A DNA stretch of 64,000 bases, from contig NC_068995.1 of NCBI RefSeq assembly GCF_001194135.2, positions 8,198,537 to 8,262,536 of the forward strand, written 5' to 3'. The position numbers and the translations under genes were made by a program. This stretch comes from Octopus bimaculoides (Eukaryota). Each line of letters opens with the position of its first letter. The first letter of the stretch is position 1. The notes beneath the pieces are model-generated. The model was not told the DNA's origin, made no database searches, and saw nothing but the letters and a program-made list of their open reading frames with translations. Below, piece by piece: positions 11,401-24,164 of this stretch.

Positions 11401-12320
11401 CAAGCCCTAGGCTTTCAGCTTACTTATTACTATTTTCCATTATTGTGTTATGTATATTCATACAGTGTACAGAAGCTATGCACATTTTAAAGTAAATATA
11501 TTTTTCAGGCGACGAATTCATCNNNNNNNNNNNNNNNNNNNNNNNNNNNNNNNNNNNNNNNNNNNNNNNNNNNNNNNNNNNNNNNNNNNNNNNNNNNNNN
11601 NNNNNNNNNNNNNNNNNNNNNNNNNNNNNNNNNNNNNNNNNNNNNNNNNNNNNNNNNNNNNNNNNNNNNNNNNNNNNNNNNNNNNNNNNNNNNNNNNNNN
11701 NNNNNNNNNNNNNNNNNNNNNNNNNNNNNNNNNNNNNNNNNNNNNNNNNNNNNNNNNNNNNNNNNNNNNNNNNNNNNNNNNNNNNNNNNNNNNNNNNNNN
11801 NNNNNNNNNNNNNNNNNNNNNNNNNNNNNNNNNNNNNNNNNNNNNNNNNNNNNNNNNNNNNNNNNNNNNNNNNNNNNNNNNNNNNNNNNNNNNNNNNNNN
11901 NNNNNNNNNNNNNNNNNNNNNNNNNNNNNNNNNNNNNNNNNNNNNNNNNNNNNNNNNNNNNNNNNNNNNNNNNNNNNNNNNNNNNNNNNNNNNNNNNNNN
12001 NNNNNNNNNNNNNNNNNNNNNNNNNNNNNNNNNNNNNNNNNNNNNNNNNNNNNNNNNNNNNNNNNNNNNNNNNNNNNNNNNNNNNNNNNNNNNNNNNNNN
12101 NNNNNNNNNNNNNNNNNNNNNNNNNNNNNNNNNNNNNNNNNNNNNNNNNNNNNNTATATATATATATATATATATATGCATACTTAAACACACACATGTT
12201 TATGTACATATAGACATAACTATGTATATATTTACTCACACATACATATCTATATATGTGTTTGTGCGTCTGTGTATATATATGTATGTATACATGTGGG
12301 TGTGTGCATGTGTGCGTGCG

Positions 12321-12357
<37 letters not shown>

Positions 12358-12509
12358 GCATTTATATGTATTTGTGCGTGTGTGTATAATGAGGTTTTTA
12401 TAGTCAAAGTTTGGAAAGAACGAGTAAGAGACATATATAAGTAATTTTAGTAGAGCGCTATTAGCGTAGCTAGGTCACATGTAGGACTGTGACACATACT
12501 TTCTGCGTG

Positions 12510-12540
<31 letters not shown>

Positions 12541-12732
12541 GCACACACAAACACGTACTTACATACATATACACGAATGATTACACAGACGTACAACATT
12601 CTGAATGAAGATCACATATATATAATCATAAACAATATCATATACATACGGACACAGTGACTGACATATGTATGTAATCACAGGCATACAACACAGCATC
12701 TCTATAGAATAAACATATTGGCATTGTTTTAC

Positions 12733-12841
<109 letters not shown>

Positions 12842-13224
12842 TGAATATACATATATATATATATATATATGTATGTAGGTATGTATACATATATATACAT
12901 ACACATGTAAATATTAATATATACACATATAAACATATATATGTATATCTCTCAATCTATGAACTATCGGTCGGTCTATTTATCTATCTATATCTATCTC
13001 TGAATGTATATTTATGCACACATATATATGTATACAAAACCATAGATACGAATACACACACATATACACACATATATAATAGATAGATAAAGAGTGGGTA
13101 GAAAGGAGAATATATATGTATATAAGTATATTTGATTATAAGCATGTAATTTCACACATGCGTGTATATATTTACGTGTATTTTGCTCATATACACAATA
13201 ATATGTATATGTATAGGTATGTAC

Positions 13225-13262
<38 letters not shown>

Positions 13263-14084
13263 NNNNNNNNNNNNNNNNNNNNNNNNNNNNNNNNNNNNNN
13301 NNNNNNNNNNNNNNNNNNNNNNNNNNNNNNNNNNNNNNNNNNNNNNNNNNNNNNNNNNNNNNNNNNNNNNNNNNNNNNNNNNNNNNNNNNNNNNNNNNNN
13401 NNNNNNNNNNNNNNNNNNNNNNNNNNNNNNNNNNNNNNNNNNNNNNNNNNNNNNNNNNNNNNNNNNNNNNNNNNNNNNNNNNNNNNNNNNNNNNNNNNNN
13501 NNNNNNNNNNNNNNNNNNNNNNNNNNNNNNNNNNNNNNNNNNNNNNNNNNNNNNNNNNNNNNNNNNNNNNNNNNNNNNNNNNNNNNNNNNNNNNNNNNNN
13601 NNNNNNNNNNNNNNNNNNNNNNNNNNNNNNNNNNNNNNNNNNNNNNNNNNNNNNNNNNNNNNNNNNNNNNNATATATATATATATATATAATGCTCCGAA
13701 AGCTTTTTGCTTTGTGTCGGAAAAGTACGACATCAGCAACTAGTCTGTTCTTCTGTTCTCAACCTCACCCTGCTCCCTTTTCGATCACTCCTCCTCTCCT
13801 TTGCCTCTGCCTCTTCTACCTATATACAGCTGTTACTGCGACTCTTTCTCATTTTACCTCACTGCATTATCTTTCGTTTAGTCATTTATTTTTCTACCAT
13901 TTTCGTCTGTGCCATTGCGCATATTAGATTCCTAACCATTTAGGAAATCGTTTAACAGCTGCTTGATATTAAAGCTGCTCTATAATTACGCTTATTAATA
14001 TTGTTTCTTCTTCTTTTTTTTAAATATGTATATTTTTAATATTGATATAATTTTTGTCATAATTCACATGGCCACACTATTATT

Positions 14085-14121
<37 letters not shown>

Positions 14122-14305
14122 CCATCATCATGATTACATTTTTGTATTATTAAACACTGAGCGTTTTTCAAAACTATTAACAGTATTGCTATTATTTGCA
14201 TATTCTACTAATATAATAATATCAATAATGACGATAATACTTATAATAGTACCAATAATAACAATAGTAACAGAAATAACTCTAATAGTTACGTTATCAC
14301 CGTTG

Positions 14306-14339
<34 letters not shown>

Positions 14340-14352
14340 AATTGTTATTATT

Positions 14353-14387
<35 letters not shown>

Positions 14388-14592
14388 AATTTTTATTATT
14401 ATTATTTTTATTATTATTAAAATAATCATTATTATTATTATCATCATCATCATCATCATCGCAGTCATCATCATCATCATCATCGTCATCGTCATCATTA
14501 TTCTTGTTACTTCTGTATCTGCTTGGGTTTTCAACAGTGTTGCAGTTAATATCGCTGTTTTAAGTACTTGATGTTTCCTTGTTTCGCTTTTA

Positions 14593-14639
<47 letters not shown>

Positions 14640-16202
14640 TTGTTTCTTTTTGTTGTTGCTGTTGTTGATGAGGTTGTGGTTCTTGTAATTGTTGCTGTTT
14701 TTTTTTCATCGGCACTAATGGTTGTTATAATGACTTTTATTTTGTTATAAAATTATCTCTTTGTTAATGAAATTTTCAATGTCGTTAACTGCTTTGCTTT
14801 TCTTCCAATTTTTACAATATCATTTGTTTTTGCTATATTTGCGTGCGTGTGAATTTGAGTATGGCTATTGATGTTGTTGTTGCAGTTGTTGTTGTTGTTG
14901 TTGTTGATGAGTGTTTGTTTCACTAGCTATAAATATGAACAAAACATATTCATTTATGCTTATTTTTATTATTATTGTTATTATTATTATTAATTTTATT
15001 TTTGCCTTTCTATGCTACCGAAACGTAACTACCAAAACAAATGTACATAACGAGAGAGATAGAGTCACAGGGATAAGGAGCTGGAATCATAGACACAAAG
15101 ATACACACATACAAATAGGCACATATATANNNNNNNNNNNNNNNNNNNNNNNNNNNNNNNNNNNNNNNNNNNNNNNNNNNNNNNNNNNNNNNNNNNNNNN
15201 NNNNNNNNNNNNNNNNNNNNNNNNNNNNNNNNNNNNNNNNNNNNNNNNNNNNNNNNNNNNNNNNNNNNNNNNNNNNNNNNNNNNNNNNNNNNNNNNNNNN
15301 NNNNNNNNNNNNNNNNNNNNNNNNNNNNNNNNNNNNNNNNNNNNNNNNNNNNNNNNNNNNNNNNNNNNNNNNNNNNNNNNNNNNNNNNNNNNNNNNNNNN
15401 NNNNNNNNNNNNNNNNNNNNNNNNNNNNNNNNNNNNNNNNNNNNNNNNNNNNNNNNNNNNNNNNNNNNNNNNNNNNNNNNNNNNNNNNNNNNNNNNNNNN
15501 NNNNNNNNNNNNNNNNNNNNNNNNNNNNNNNNNNNNNNNNNNNNNNNNNNNNNNNNNNNNNNNNNNNNNNNNNNNNNNNNNNNNNNNNNNNNNNNNNNNN
15601 NNNNNNNNNNNNNNNNNNNNNNNNNNNNNNNNNNNNNNNNNNNNNNNNNNNNNNNNNNNNNNNNNNNNNNNNNNNNNNNNNNNNNNNNNNNNNNNNNNNN
15701 NNNNNNNNNNNNNNNNNNNNNNNNNNNNNNNNNNNNNNNNNNNNNNNNNNNNNNNNNNNNNNNNNNNNNNNNNNNNNNNNNNNNNNNNNNNNNNNNNNNN
15801 NNNNNNTATGTTCATGCATAATGTTTTAGCAACTTGAAAGGCCTATTTGCAAAGGCCATTAGAACATAATAGAGAACTCTACTTGTCGAATTAATAAATT
15901 GGCCTTCACGGGTTGATGCCAGGGTTCGTCTACCCTCTGTATACAATTGATGCATTGATTGATATGGCTTAAAAAAGAAACACAAATACTGAAAAACAAA
16001 GATAAATATAACGTGGTATGATCATTTGATGTATCAATTCTGTTGTTCGGAGAACAAGGGACGTAACCGTTTTATGCTTAAGCTATTGACAATAGTTATT
16101 TATCAAGACTCTATGATGTAAAAAACAAAAACCATTAAACAAATACTATATATGAATAAATACATAAACATACAGGCACACACACATAAACAAACATGTG
16201 AG

Positions 16203-16254
<52 letters not shown>

Positions 16255-16264
16255 TGTCTGTGTG

Positions 16265-16309
<45 letters not shown>

Positions 16310-17539
16310 GAGATAACTGTATCAACTGTTCTTGTTTTCTTGTCTTCTTCGCTTACTTTTACGTTTTTTGTTTAGGAGCTAATTTTTGAAAATCAAATAG
16401 GCAGAACGCCATATAGCGGAACTTTGAGGAGTTTGTCAATTGAATATGGAGCATTTTTAAAGTCATTACTATTATGGTACATGTAGTGATGTAACAAATG
16501 TTAATTGAACTTTAATTACACCCACAGTGAAGAGAAAAACAAATTATATCTAAACGATTAATTCTTTTCCGGGAAGGTAGGGGAGGTAAATATGCCTGAG
16601 CTGAATTCGCAATAATGATAATGAACGTCTTTTTGTAACGATTTTCACAAACAAAGCTTGAGGTTTCTGTAGCGTTTAGGACTATAACGGAAGCAGTAAA
16701 TGTGATTATAAATTGAAAAGGTGTCGATTGACGGAAAACTTAATGGACTGATTATAGCAGACAAGAGGAAAGCAAAACGGTGATAGCGAGTTCCAGAGAG
16801 CTGCAGATTGCGGAAGTATGCAATGAAAATAGAATGCGTTGTGGCTAACAGTATCCTCAGCTGAAAAATAATGGATGACTTGTTTAAACGTCTTGATAGA
16901 AGGTACCAGACTGGAAAATTCATGAGAGCAAGGGCCATAAAACTATTTATAATATAGACTTAAAGATCATAGATTACGAAGATGAAACACAAACTGCAAC
17001 CTAGTAGAATGAAGATCCGCCATGTTAACAACTTGATTCTGAACTTAATTAATCTCTTGGCATACGGCAATTTTCAGGCACGCTGTAGCATCTGTGAATG
17101 AATCAACCTTGTTTCTCTCTTAAGCCGCAGCTATTACGATCCTTACCTTTTCGAAACTAGGATGCGATTTTCACCACTCATCCTTCTTAGTCATCTACAC
17201 CAGTCGTATCACATATGTTGTGTCCAACGTGCAAGTATCGTACAAATATTTACGAACATTATTTCGTTGGTCGTCAGGTATCTAGAATTTCTTTTATAGA
17301 CGACTGTAAGTATGACAATGATGGTGACAATAAAGACGACGACAATGATGTTGAGGTTGATGATGATAGTGATGATGATGCTGATGACGGCGACGACGAT
17401 AATGATGATGATAATTTATCTAAAAAATAAGAGTCAGTTCAAATTGACGCTATATCTCTATTGCTATTTTCTATTACATACTTATAGAACCGGGACATAA
17501 AAGTTTTTCACCATTATCAATAATAACAATCAACATAAT

Positions 17540-17800
17540 TCTTTCTATTGTCGTCACAAGGCCTGTAATTTTGTGGTTGGGAACTAATCGATTACATTGA
17601 ACCCAGTAAACAACTGGGATTTATTTTATCGAGACCGAACGGATTAAACGCAAAGTTGACTCAGGTGAGATTTGAAATCAGTAATTAATCGTATCGACAC
17701 CACTTACTTAATTTATAGACCCCGAAAGGATGAAATGCGAAGCAGGCCTTGGCGAAGTTTGAACTAAGAACGCAGAGACAGAAAAAATGCCGTTTTCATA
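17540..17800 (-). mobile_element. Two tandem decayed SINE family A copies
   Basis: 17540-17685 (CACAAGGCCTG...ATCGATTACAT...TTTATCGA...GATTTGAAATCAG) and 17702-17800 (ACTTAATTTATAGACCCCGAAAGGATGAAA...TTTGAACTAAGAAC), flanked by AAT repeats. Confidence 0.75.
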
Positions 17801-18353
17801 ATAATAATAATAAATAATGATGATGATAATAATAATAATGACAATAATAATAATGACAATAATAATAATAATGATAATAGTAATAATAATAATAATAATA
17901 ATAATAGTAATAATCAAAAAAAAAAAATAATAATATTAAGAATGTAATTACAGTTGTGATGATAATGAAAATATATTAATGATGTAATAGTAATAATAAT
18001 AATAATAATAACAACAACAACAACGATTTCTTATATTAATATAATTAGAGCAATATTAGTAGCAATAATAGTAGTAATAATATTTGTTATTAAAGAGCAT
18101 TAAAAGTATGGAAGTTTCGTAAATTGACAAAGCTTTCCATTTTCGATTTCTTTGATTTTGATTTAATTTCAGATTGAAACAAAGGAAGATGTTAAAAACA
18201 GATTAAATGTAATAGTAGTAATTGGTAAATACTAAAAATACACATTCCACTACTAATATCTATCTACTTTATCTAAATATCTAAATATCTTTGTGTTTAT
18301 CGGTTAGAAATTTAAATGGGTAAGTGCAAGAAAAAAAAAACGGTCATGTATTC

Positions 18354-18384
<31 letters not shown>

Positions 18385-18807
18385 NNNNNNNNNNNNNNNN
18401 NNNNNNNNNNNNNNNNNNNNNNNNNNNNNNNNNNNNNNNNNNNNNNNNNNNNNNNNNNNNNNNNNNNNNNNNNNNNNNNNNNNNNNNNNNNNNNNNNNNN
18501 NNNNNNNNNNNNNNNNNNNNNNNNNNNNNNNNNNNNNNNNNNNNNNNNNNNNNNNNNNNNNNNNNNNNNNNNNNNNNNNNNNNNNNNNNNNNNNNNNNNN
18601 NNNNNNNNNNNNNNNNNNNNNNNNNNNNNNNNNNNNNNNNNNNNNNNNNNNNNNNNNNNNNNNNNNNNNNNNNNNNNNNNNNNNNNNNNNNNNNNNNNNN
18701 NNNNNNNNNNNNNNNNNNNNNNNNNNNNNNNNNNNNNNNNNNNNNNNNNNNNNNNNNNNNNNNNNNNNNNNNNNNNNNNNNNNNNNNNNNNNNNNNNNNN
18801 NNNNNNN

Positions 18808-18873
<66 letters not shown>

Positions 18874-19291
18874 TCTATGTATGTGTATATGTATGCATCT
18901 ACATACATACATACATACATAGATACACACACGCAGATATATATGTATGTATATACAGATATGTAGACATATTCTTGCATATATACACATTCATACATGT
19001 TTGTATGTGTGCGTGTTTGAACGTATATTTGAAAGAAACAGAAAATAGTAAAAAAACAACAACAAAACAATGCATTATTTCAATGTACGAGACAAAGCTA
19101 TGGCTACTAAGCTAATTGTAAATTACGAGGAAAATGGAGTGAAAATGAAAGTTATGTTTAATAAGTAATTTTGTTAGAAAGGGCGAAGGTGGGAGGAAAT
19201 GTCATAGAGAAAGGGAGAAGGAGGTTTTGGTGTGTGAATTTGGTGAAAGAAGGTGAGATGAAGAAGAGGAAAAAAACCAAACGAGAATATA

Positions 19292-19342
<51 letters not shown>

Positions 19343-19344
<2 letters not shown>

Positions 19345-19527
19345 CATTTCTAGTATAGGCACAAAATATGTGGGGAGGTGACTAGTCGATTACATCGACC
19401 TTTAACGATCCCGAATGCATGAAAGGTAAAGTCGACCTCGGCGAAATTTGAACTCAGAACGTAACAACGGGTGAAATACCGCTAAGCATTTTGCCCAGTG
19501 TGTTAACGATTCTGTCAGCTCACCGCC

Positions 19528-19529
<2 letters not shown>
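19343..19529 (-). mobile_element. SINE family A, full length
   Basis: The reverse complement reads GGCGGTGAGCTGACAGAATCGTTAAC (A box) ... GAGTTCAAATTTC (B box) ... GGTCGACTTTACCTTTCAT ... GTGCCTATACTAGAAATG(ATT)n. Perfect (AAT)n on both plus-strand flanks. Confidence 0.9.
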
Positions 19530-19557
<28 letters not shown>

Positions 19558-19560
<3 letters not shown>

Positions 19561-19710
19561 GTTTGAAAATTTGGGACAATGGCAGCAACTTGCTACTTAT
19601 TTTATCGACTCCGAAAGAATGGAAGGTAAACTCGATCTCGAGGGATTTCAAGTGAGAACATAAACAGCCGGAAGAAATGGCTCTAATCATTTTGTCCGAC
19701 TCACCTCGAT
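19558..19710 (-). mobile_element. SINE family A, decayed tandem copy
   Basis: ATGGTTTGAAAATTTGGGACAATGGCAGC...ACTTATTTTATCGACTCCGAAAGAATGGAAGG...; it sits in the AAT run adjoining the previous copy. Confidence 0.7.
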
Positions 19711-19751
19711 AATAACCATGATAAGGAGGAGGATGGTGTTACTTCCTGCCA

Positions 19752-20300
19752 TTTTAATATAAGCACAAGGCCTGAAATATTTGATGGATGGGGTCAGTCG
19801 ATTACATCGTCCTTAGTACTCGGTACTTATTACCTCGACGCCGAAAGGATGACAGGCAAAGTCGACCTCCGTGGAATTTGAACTCAGAAAATGTATAGAC
19901 CTGTGGTTCTCAATTGGGGACCGTATGGCCTCTGAGGGTCCATATAAGAATTTTGGGGCTCCCACGCCACGAAATAGTAAACTGGGAATCCACTATAATA
20001 TTTTAAGTGCCCCTAAAGAAATTCTGTTTAGATGAATAATAATATTGGTGTGTATTGAAAGGAACAGTTAAGTTCCTTTCTCTAACACTTTACATAGTTC
20101 AAGTTCCACAAGTGAATGAGTGAGGAACAAAATGGGAATTTGAAAGAAGTTTCTATGAAAATCGTGTGGCTATAGGATCCACCTGAATAAAATCGTAATC
20201 AAAGAGCTCTATGGATAAACAATTATTGAGAACCCTTGTTACAGACGGACGAAATACTGCTAAGCAATTTGTTTTCCAGCGTGCAAACGATTCTGTCATC
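19752..20300 (-). mobile_element. SINE family A interrupted by a hAT MITE
   Basis: The left part ends ...GGAATTTGAACTCAGAA (about 19890). The right part resumes GGACGAAATACTGCTAAGCA (20247), which is exactly the contiguous family A sequence seen at 44060-44100. Confidence 0.85.
19901..20238. mobile_element. hAT (Charlie-like) MITE, 338 bp
   Basis: TIRs CTGTGGTTCTCAA (19901) and TTGAGAACCCTTG (20226-20238). 8-bp TSDs GTATAGAC and TTACAGAC, both derived from the SINE target GTAAAGAC. Confidence 0.9.
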
Positions 20301-20861
20301 CGGCGTGCTAATGATTTTGTTTATGATGAGAATGATGACGACGATGACAACAATGATGTTAATAATGAGAAGACGAAGAAAAATTCGAAGAAGAATTGGG
20401 ATGAGTTGAAGAAATTGGATGAATGATCAATGACGGAATAGCGAAAGATAGATAGATAGACAGGTAGATAGATAGATAGATAGATAGACAGATAGGGATA
20501 GAAAGATAGAGAGAGAAAGACAGGGAGGGAGGGAGACAGGGAGGGAGGGAGAGAGGGAGAGAGGGAGAGGGGGACAGAGGGAGAGAGAGATGGGGATATA
20601 GAGACAGACAGAAAAAGAGAAAGAGAACAATGTAAATTTTGAGAGAATTAGGAAAGGAATATTTTTGAAAATAATTATCCGATTTCTTTTCTTTTCTTTT
20701 GACTTTTGTTGGGACGATAATGTCCTAATTCTAAGAGTTTTAACCTTGGTTTTAGTAGTGTCAGTGGGTGAATAAAAAAAACTAAGAGTGGACAGCGTAT
20801 ACATACTGACATACTCATACATACGCACATACATACTTGCATACATACATATTTATATTAG

Positions 20862-20918
20862 TCAAAACTGGGGCTAATATTTCAAGTGTTAAAACGGGAA
20901 ACTATCCTATGCTAGCAG
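20862..20918 (+). CDS. Candidate 57-nt phase-1 exon (KTGANISSVKTGNYPMLA)
   Basis: TATATTAG acceptor, CAG|GTAAGT donor, open frame. No homology recognised. Confidence 0.2.
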
Positions 20919-20992
20919 GTAAGTTTGTTCGTTCCAAACCGAAATGCTGTTAGGCGGTTTACAGTGAGCAAAAGCATACAGAGAACGCTTAC

Positions 20993-21292
20993 CTCGATTC
21001 GGTATAGTCTGATAATTCTAATGTATTTGTAGAAGGAGGGCTTTTCTGGTGGAACTATACAAACGCGTACGGTTACCGGACCGTTCGGGTAGTAATAGCA
21101 TTGTTTATTACCTGCTTTCACACGTGTCTTGATGTATATGGTGCTAGTAATGGGTAGTGGTGAGTTAATAGCGTTGGGAGACATTCTGGTCAGGATCGGT
21201 CGATATGGAGAACCGTTCCTGAAGAACTTTATACAGCGGCCCATAGCACGCTGACCGAGTGGACAATGTCTACGCTGTGGCAACCTGAGAAT
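20993..21292 (-). CDS. Candidate 300-nt phase-0 exon (ILRLPQRRHC...GNKQCYYYPNGPVTVRVC...RLYRIE)
   Basis: Acceptor CCTTTGCTTATTTCGCAG and donor GAG|GTAAGC. Exactly 100 open codons in the only open frame, in a non-repetitive, GC-richer island. No recognised homolog. Confidence 0.3.
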
Positions 21293-21838
21293 CTGCGAAA
21301 TAAGCAAAGGAGACGATTGTTTTAGCTATTTGCACCACAGAGAACTAAACACACATGTTGTAATCCCGGTTCTTCGAGGTTATTCTATAAAGAAAATACA
21401 CAACAAAGCACAATAAGACGTTCGTTCCTACAAGAAAAGAAACAAAAACAAAGTAAAGAAGCTGGATTTTCGATTTGGTTGTTGCTGTTGCTATCGCTGT
21501 TGCTGTGGTTAGTCCCATGTCAAACGTGATCCAGCAAAGTGTGTATCAAATGCAGCAGTGAAAATATCAACACCGGTCACGTGTTATCCTTTGCCGCAAT
21601 AAAACAAAAATCTCAGTAATTATTATATACTGTAACACCATGTAAAATGTATTCATGCATACATACATACACACACACGCACACACACAATGTGTAAATA
21701 TATAATTATGAGAGTATTGTAGTTCGCTTGAAGCATTGTGTATTGTTTGTGAAATATAATGTCTTCAATAGCACAACAGTGCAAACTGGACTATAATAAC
21801 TGTTATGATTTAATTATCGATTGTCTGATATATAATGT

Positions 21839-22000
21839 GCAGAAGTGGTTCTGTAGTAAGAAACTTGCTTTCCAACCATATGGTTCCGGGTTCAATCCCA
21901 CTTCGTGCCTCCTTGGGCAGGTGTATTCTACTATAGCCTCGGGCCGACCAAAGCCTTGTTAGTGGATTTGGTAGATGGAAACTGAAAGACGCCCGTCGTA
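21839..22000 (+). mobile_element. SINE family B, 5' half
   Basis: GTGGTTCTGTAGTAAG...GGGTTCAATCCC...CCTTGGGCAGGTGTATTCTACTATAGCCTCGGGCCGACCAAAGCC...; it runs into (TA)n and an N-gap. Confidence 0.9.
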
Positions 22001-22024
22001 TATATATACATACATATATATATT

Positions 22025-22057
<33 letters not shown>

Positions 22058-23198
22058 ATACATATATTTATATATATATACATACATATATTTATATATA
22101 TATANNNNNNNNNNNNNNNNNNNNNNNNNNNNNNNNNNNNNNNNNNNNNNNNNNNNNNNNNNNNNNNNNNNNNNNNNNNNNNNNNNNNNNNNNNNNNNNN
22201 NNNNNNNNNNNNNNNNNNNNNNNNNNNNNNNNNNNNNNNNNNNNNNNNNNNNNNNNNNNNNNNNNNNNNNNNNNNNNNNNNNNNNNNNNNNNNNNNNNNN
22301 NNNNNNNNNNNNNNNNNNNNNNNNNNNNNNNNNNNNNNNNNNNNNNNNNNNNNNNNNNNNNNNNNNNNNNNNNNNNNNNNNNNNNNNNNNNNNNNNNNNN
22401 NNNNNNNNNNNNNNNNNNNNNNNNNNNNNNNNNNNNNNNNNNNNNNNNNNNNNNNNNNNNNNNNNNNNNNNNNNNNNNNNNNNNNNNNNNNNNNNNNNNN
22501 NNNNNNNNNNNNNNNNNNNNNNNNNNNNNNNNNNNNNNNNNNNNNNNNNNNNNNNNNNNNNNNNNNNNNNNNNNNNNNNNNNNNNNNNNNNNNNNNNNNN
22601 NNNNNNNNNNNNNNNNNNNNNNNNNNNNNNNNNNNNNNNNNNNNNNNNNNNNNNNNNNNNNNNNNNNNNNNNNNNNNNNNNNNNNNNNNNNNNNNNNNNN
22701 NNNNNNNNNNNNNNNNNNNNNNNNNNNNNNNNNNNNNNNNNNNNNNNNNNNNNNNNNNNNNNNNNNNNNNNNNNNNNNNNNNNNNNNNNNNNNNNNNNNN
22801 NNNNNNNNNNNNNNNNNNNNNNNNNNNNNNNNNNNNNNNNNNNNNNNNNNNNNNNNNNNNNNNNNNNNNNNNNNNNNNNNNNNNNNNNNNNNNNNNNNNN
22901 NNNNNNNNNNNNNNNNNNNNNNNNNNNNNNNNNNNNNNNNNNNNNNNNTATATATATATATATTTCGAAAGCACATCTTGTGGTGGTCATGAAGCGAGAG
23001 TGGCAAGAGTTATTTCCCGCTTGCAATAAATATCGGGTACGAGAAGCGCTCTAAATAAACCAGTTGGAGATGTATTCTTGAAGTTAAATGGCAGTATAAT
23101 AGTCGGCACTTAGAGGGGAGCCACATTAAATCAGCCATAAGAAAAAGACCAACACAAACACGAACATAAGGTTCAAGATATTTCCTACTTCTGTCTAG

Positions 23199-23219
23199 CA
23201 GACACTTTAAAATCGTTAG
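23199..23219 (+). CDS. Candidate 21-nt phase-1 microexon (DTLKSL)
   Basis: Strong acceptor TTTCCTACTTCTGTCTAG and donor TAG|GTAAAG. Frame-compatible with the 20862-20918 and 23425 candidates. Confidence 0.2.
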
Positions 23220-23424
23220 GTAAAGGTTAAAATTTAAAACCTTCGACCTAGACAAATTTACAATTACACACTTTAACATTTAAGATCTCTAATAAAGGCT
23301 GTTCTCACCACATACAATGTCTCGTACAAATTGACGGATTGCCGGAAGTAAATGTTTGAAAGACTTTCCTGCCAAACGCTAGCGCTCTCTTTTGAATAAT
23401 CAATGATTGCTTTCCTTCCTTCAG

Positions 23425-23561
23425 ATAATAATATGAGATCTGAGGGATATGAACATACATATCATCCATTAAACCCAAATGAAATATCCTCATACACACA
23501 CATAAACTTCCCATGCAAGGAAGTCATATCTGCTATCAATGCTAATCTTAGAAATCGTTAA
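23425..23561 (+). CDS. Candidate phase-1 exon (DNNMRSEGYEHTYHPLNPNEISSYTHINFPCKEVISAINANLRNR*)
   Basis: Strong acceptor TTGCTTTCCTTCCTTCAG; only phase 1 is open. No strong donor before the stop, so it may be terminal. Confidence 0.25.
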
Positions 23562-23586
23562 ACTGCGCATACTTTTATCAACTTAC

Positions 23587-23643
23587 TTGTATTGAAATGA
23601 TATTTCTCAAAACAGTTCTATACTCGATAAGAGTACAGGACTT
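23587..23643 (-). CDS. Candidate 57-nt phase-0 exon (KSCTLIEYRTVLRNIISIQ)
   Basis: Acceptor GTTTTTTCCTTGTAG and donor CAA|GTAAGT. Only phase 0 is open, which is compatible with 21292-20993. Confidence 0.2.
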
Positions 23644-23789
23644 CTACAAGGAAAAAACTTCAACATATACAGTTATCGCTTCGTCTCATTTTCCCACTCT
23701 TCTTTTGCCAGGAAAATACTAAGCTATGCTCCATAAAACAAAATAAGATGTTGACTACTAAAGGATTTCTCAGGCCTCTTTCTCTTCAG

Positions 23790-23905
23790 TATTATGCAAA
23801 ACCAACACTTCCAGCATGTTAACTTTCGGAGCGGATGAAGAAAGGAGAGAATATGAAGCTGTTCCGCTTGCTAGTAACAGGAGTAAAACTGTTGAAGCTC
23901 TTTAA
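23790..23905 (+). CDS. Candidate terminal phase-1 exon (LCKTNTSSMLTFGADEERREYEAVPLASNRSKTVEAL*)
   Basis: Acceptor CCTCTTTCTCTTCAG, then 37 open codons to TAA. Confidence 0.25.
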
Positions 23906-24164
23906 GTGAATCTTACCGCCCCCCCCACCAAAAAAAATATTTAAAATATATACTGCATTTAATTGTTTATATGTGAGTAAACGCACACGCACACAGACAA
24001 ACATACACACTGACATACAGAGGAACGCGCACACAGAGAAACGCACACACACACACACAGACATATAGACACACGAACACACACACACACACATACGCAC
24101 ACACCGTCAGTAATTCACATCTTTCGAACGCTTTGCACAGTGTATCTTTCAATAATAAACGTGG

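Noticed and set aside
16620-16960. Purine-rich, coding-looking segment, possibly a transposase relic
   Set aside because: Multiple stops and no recognisable motif in any frame.
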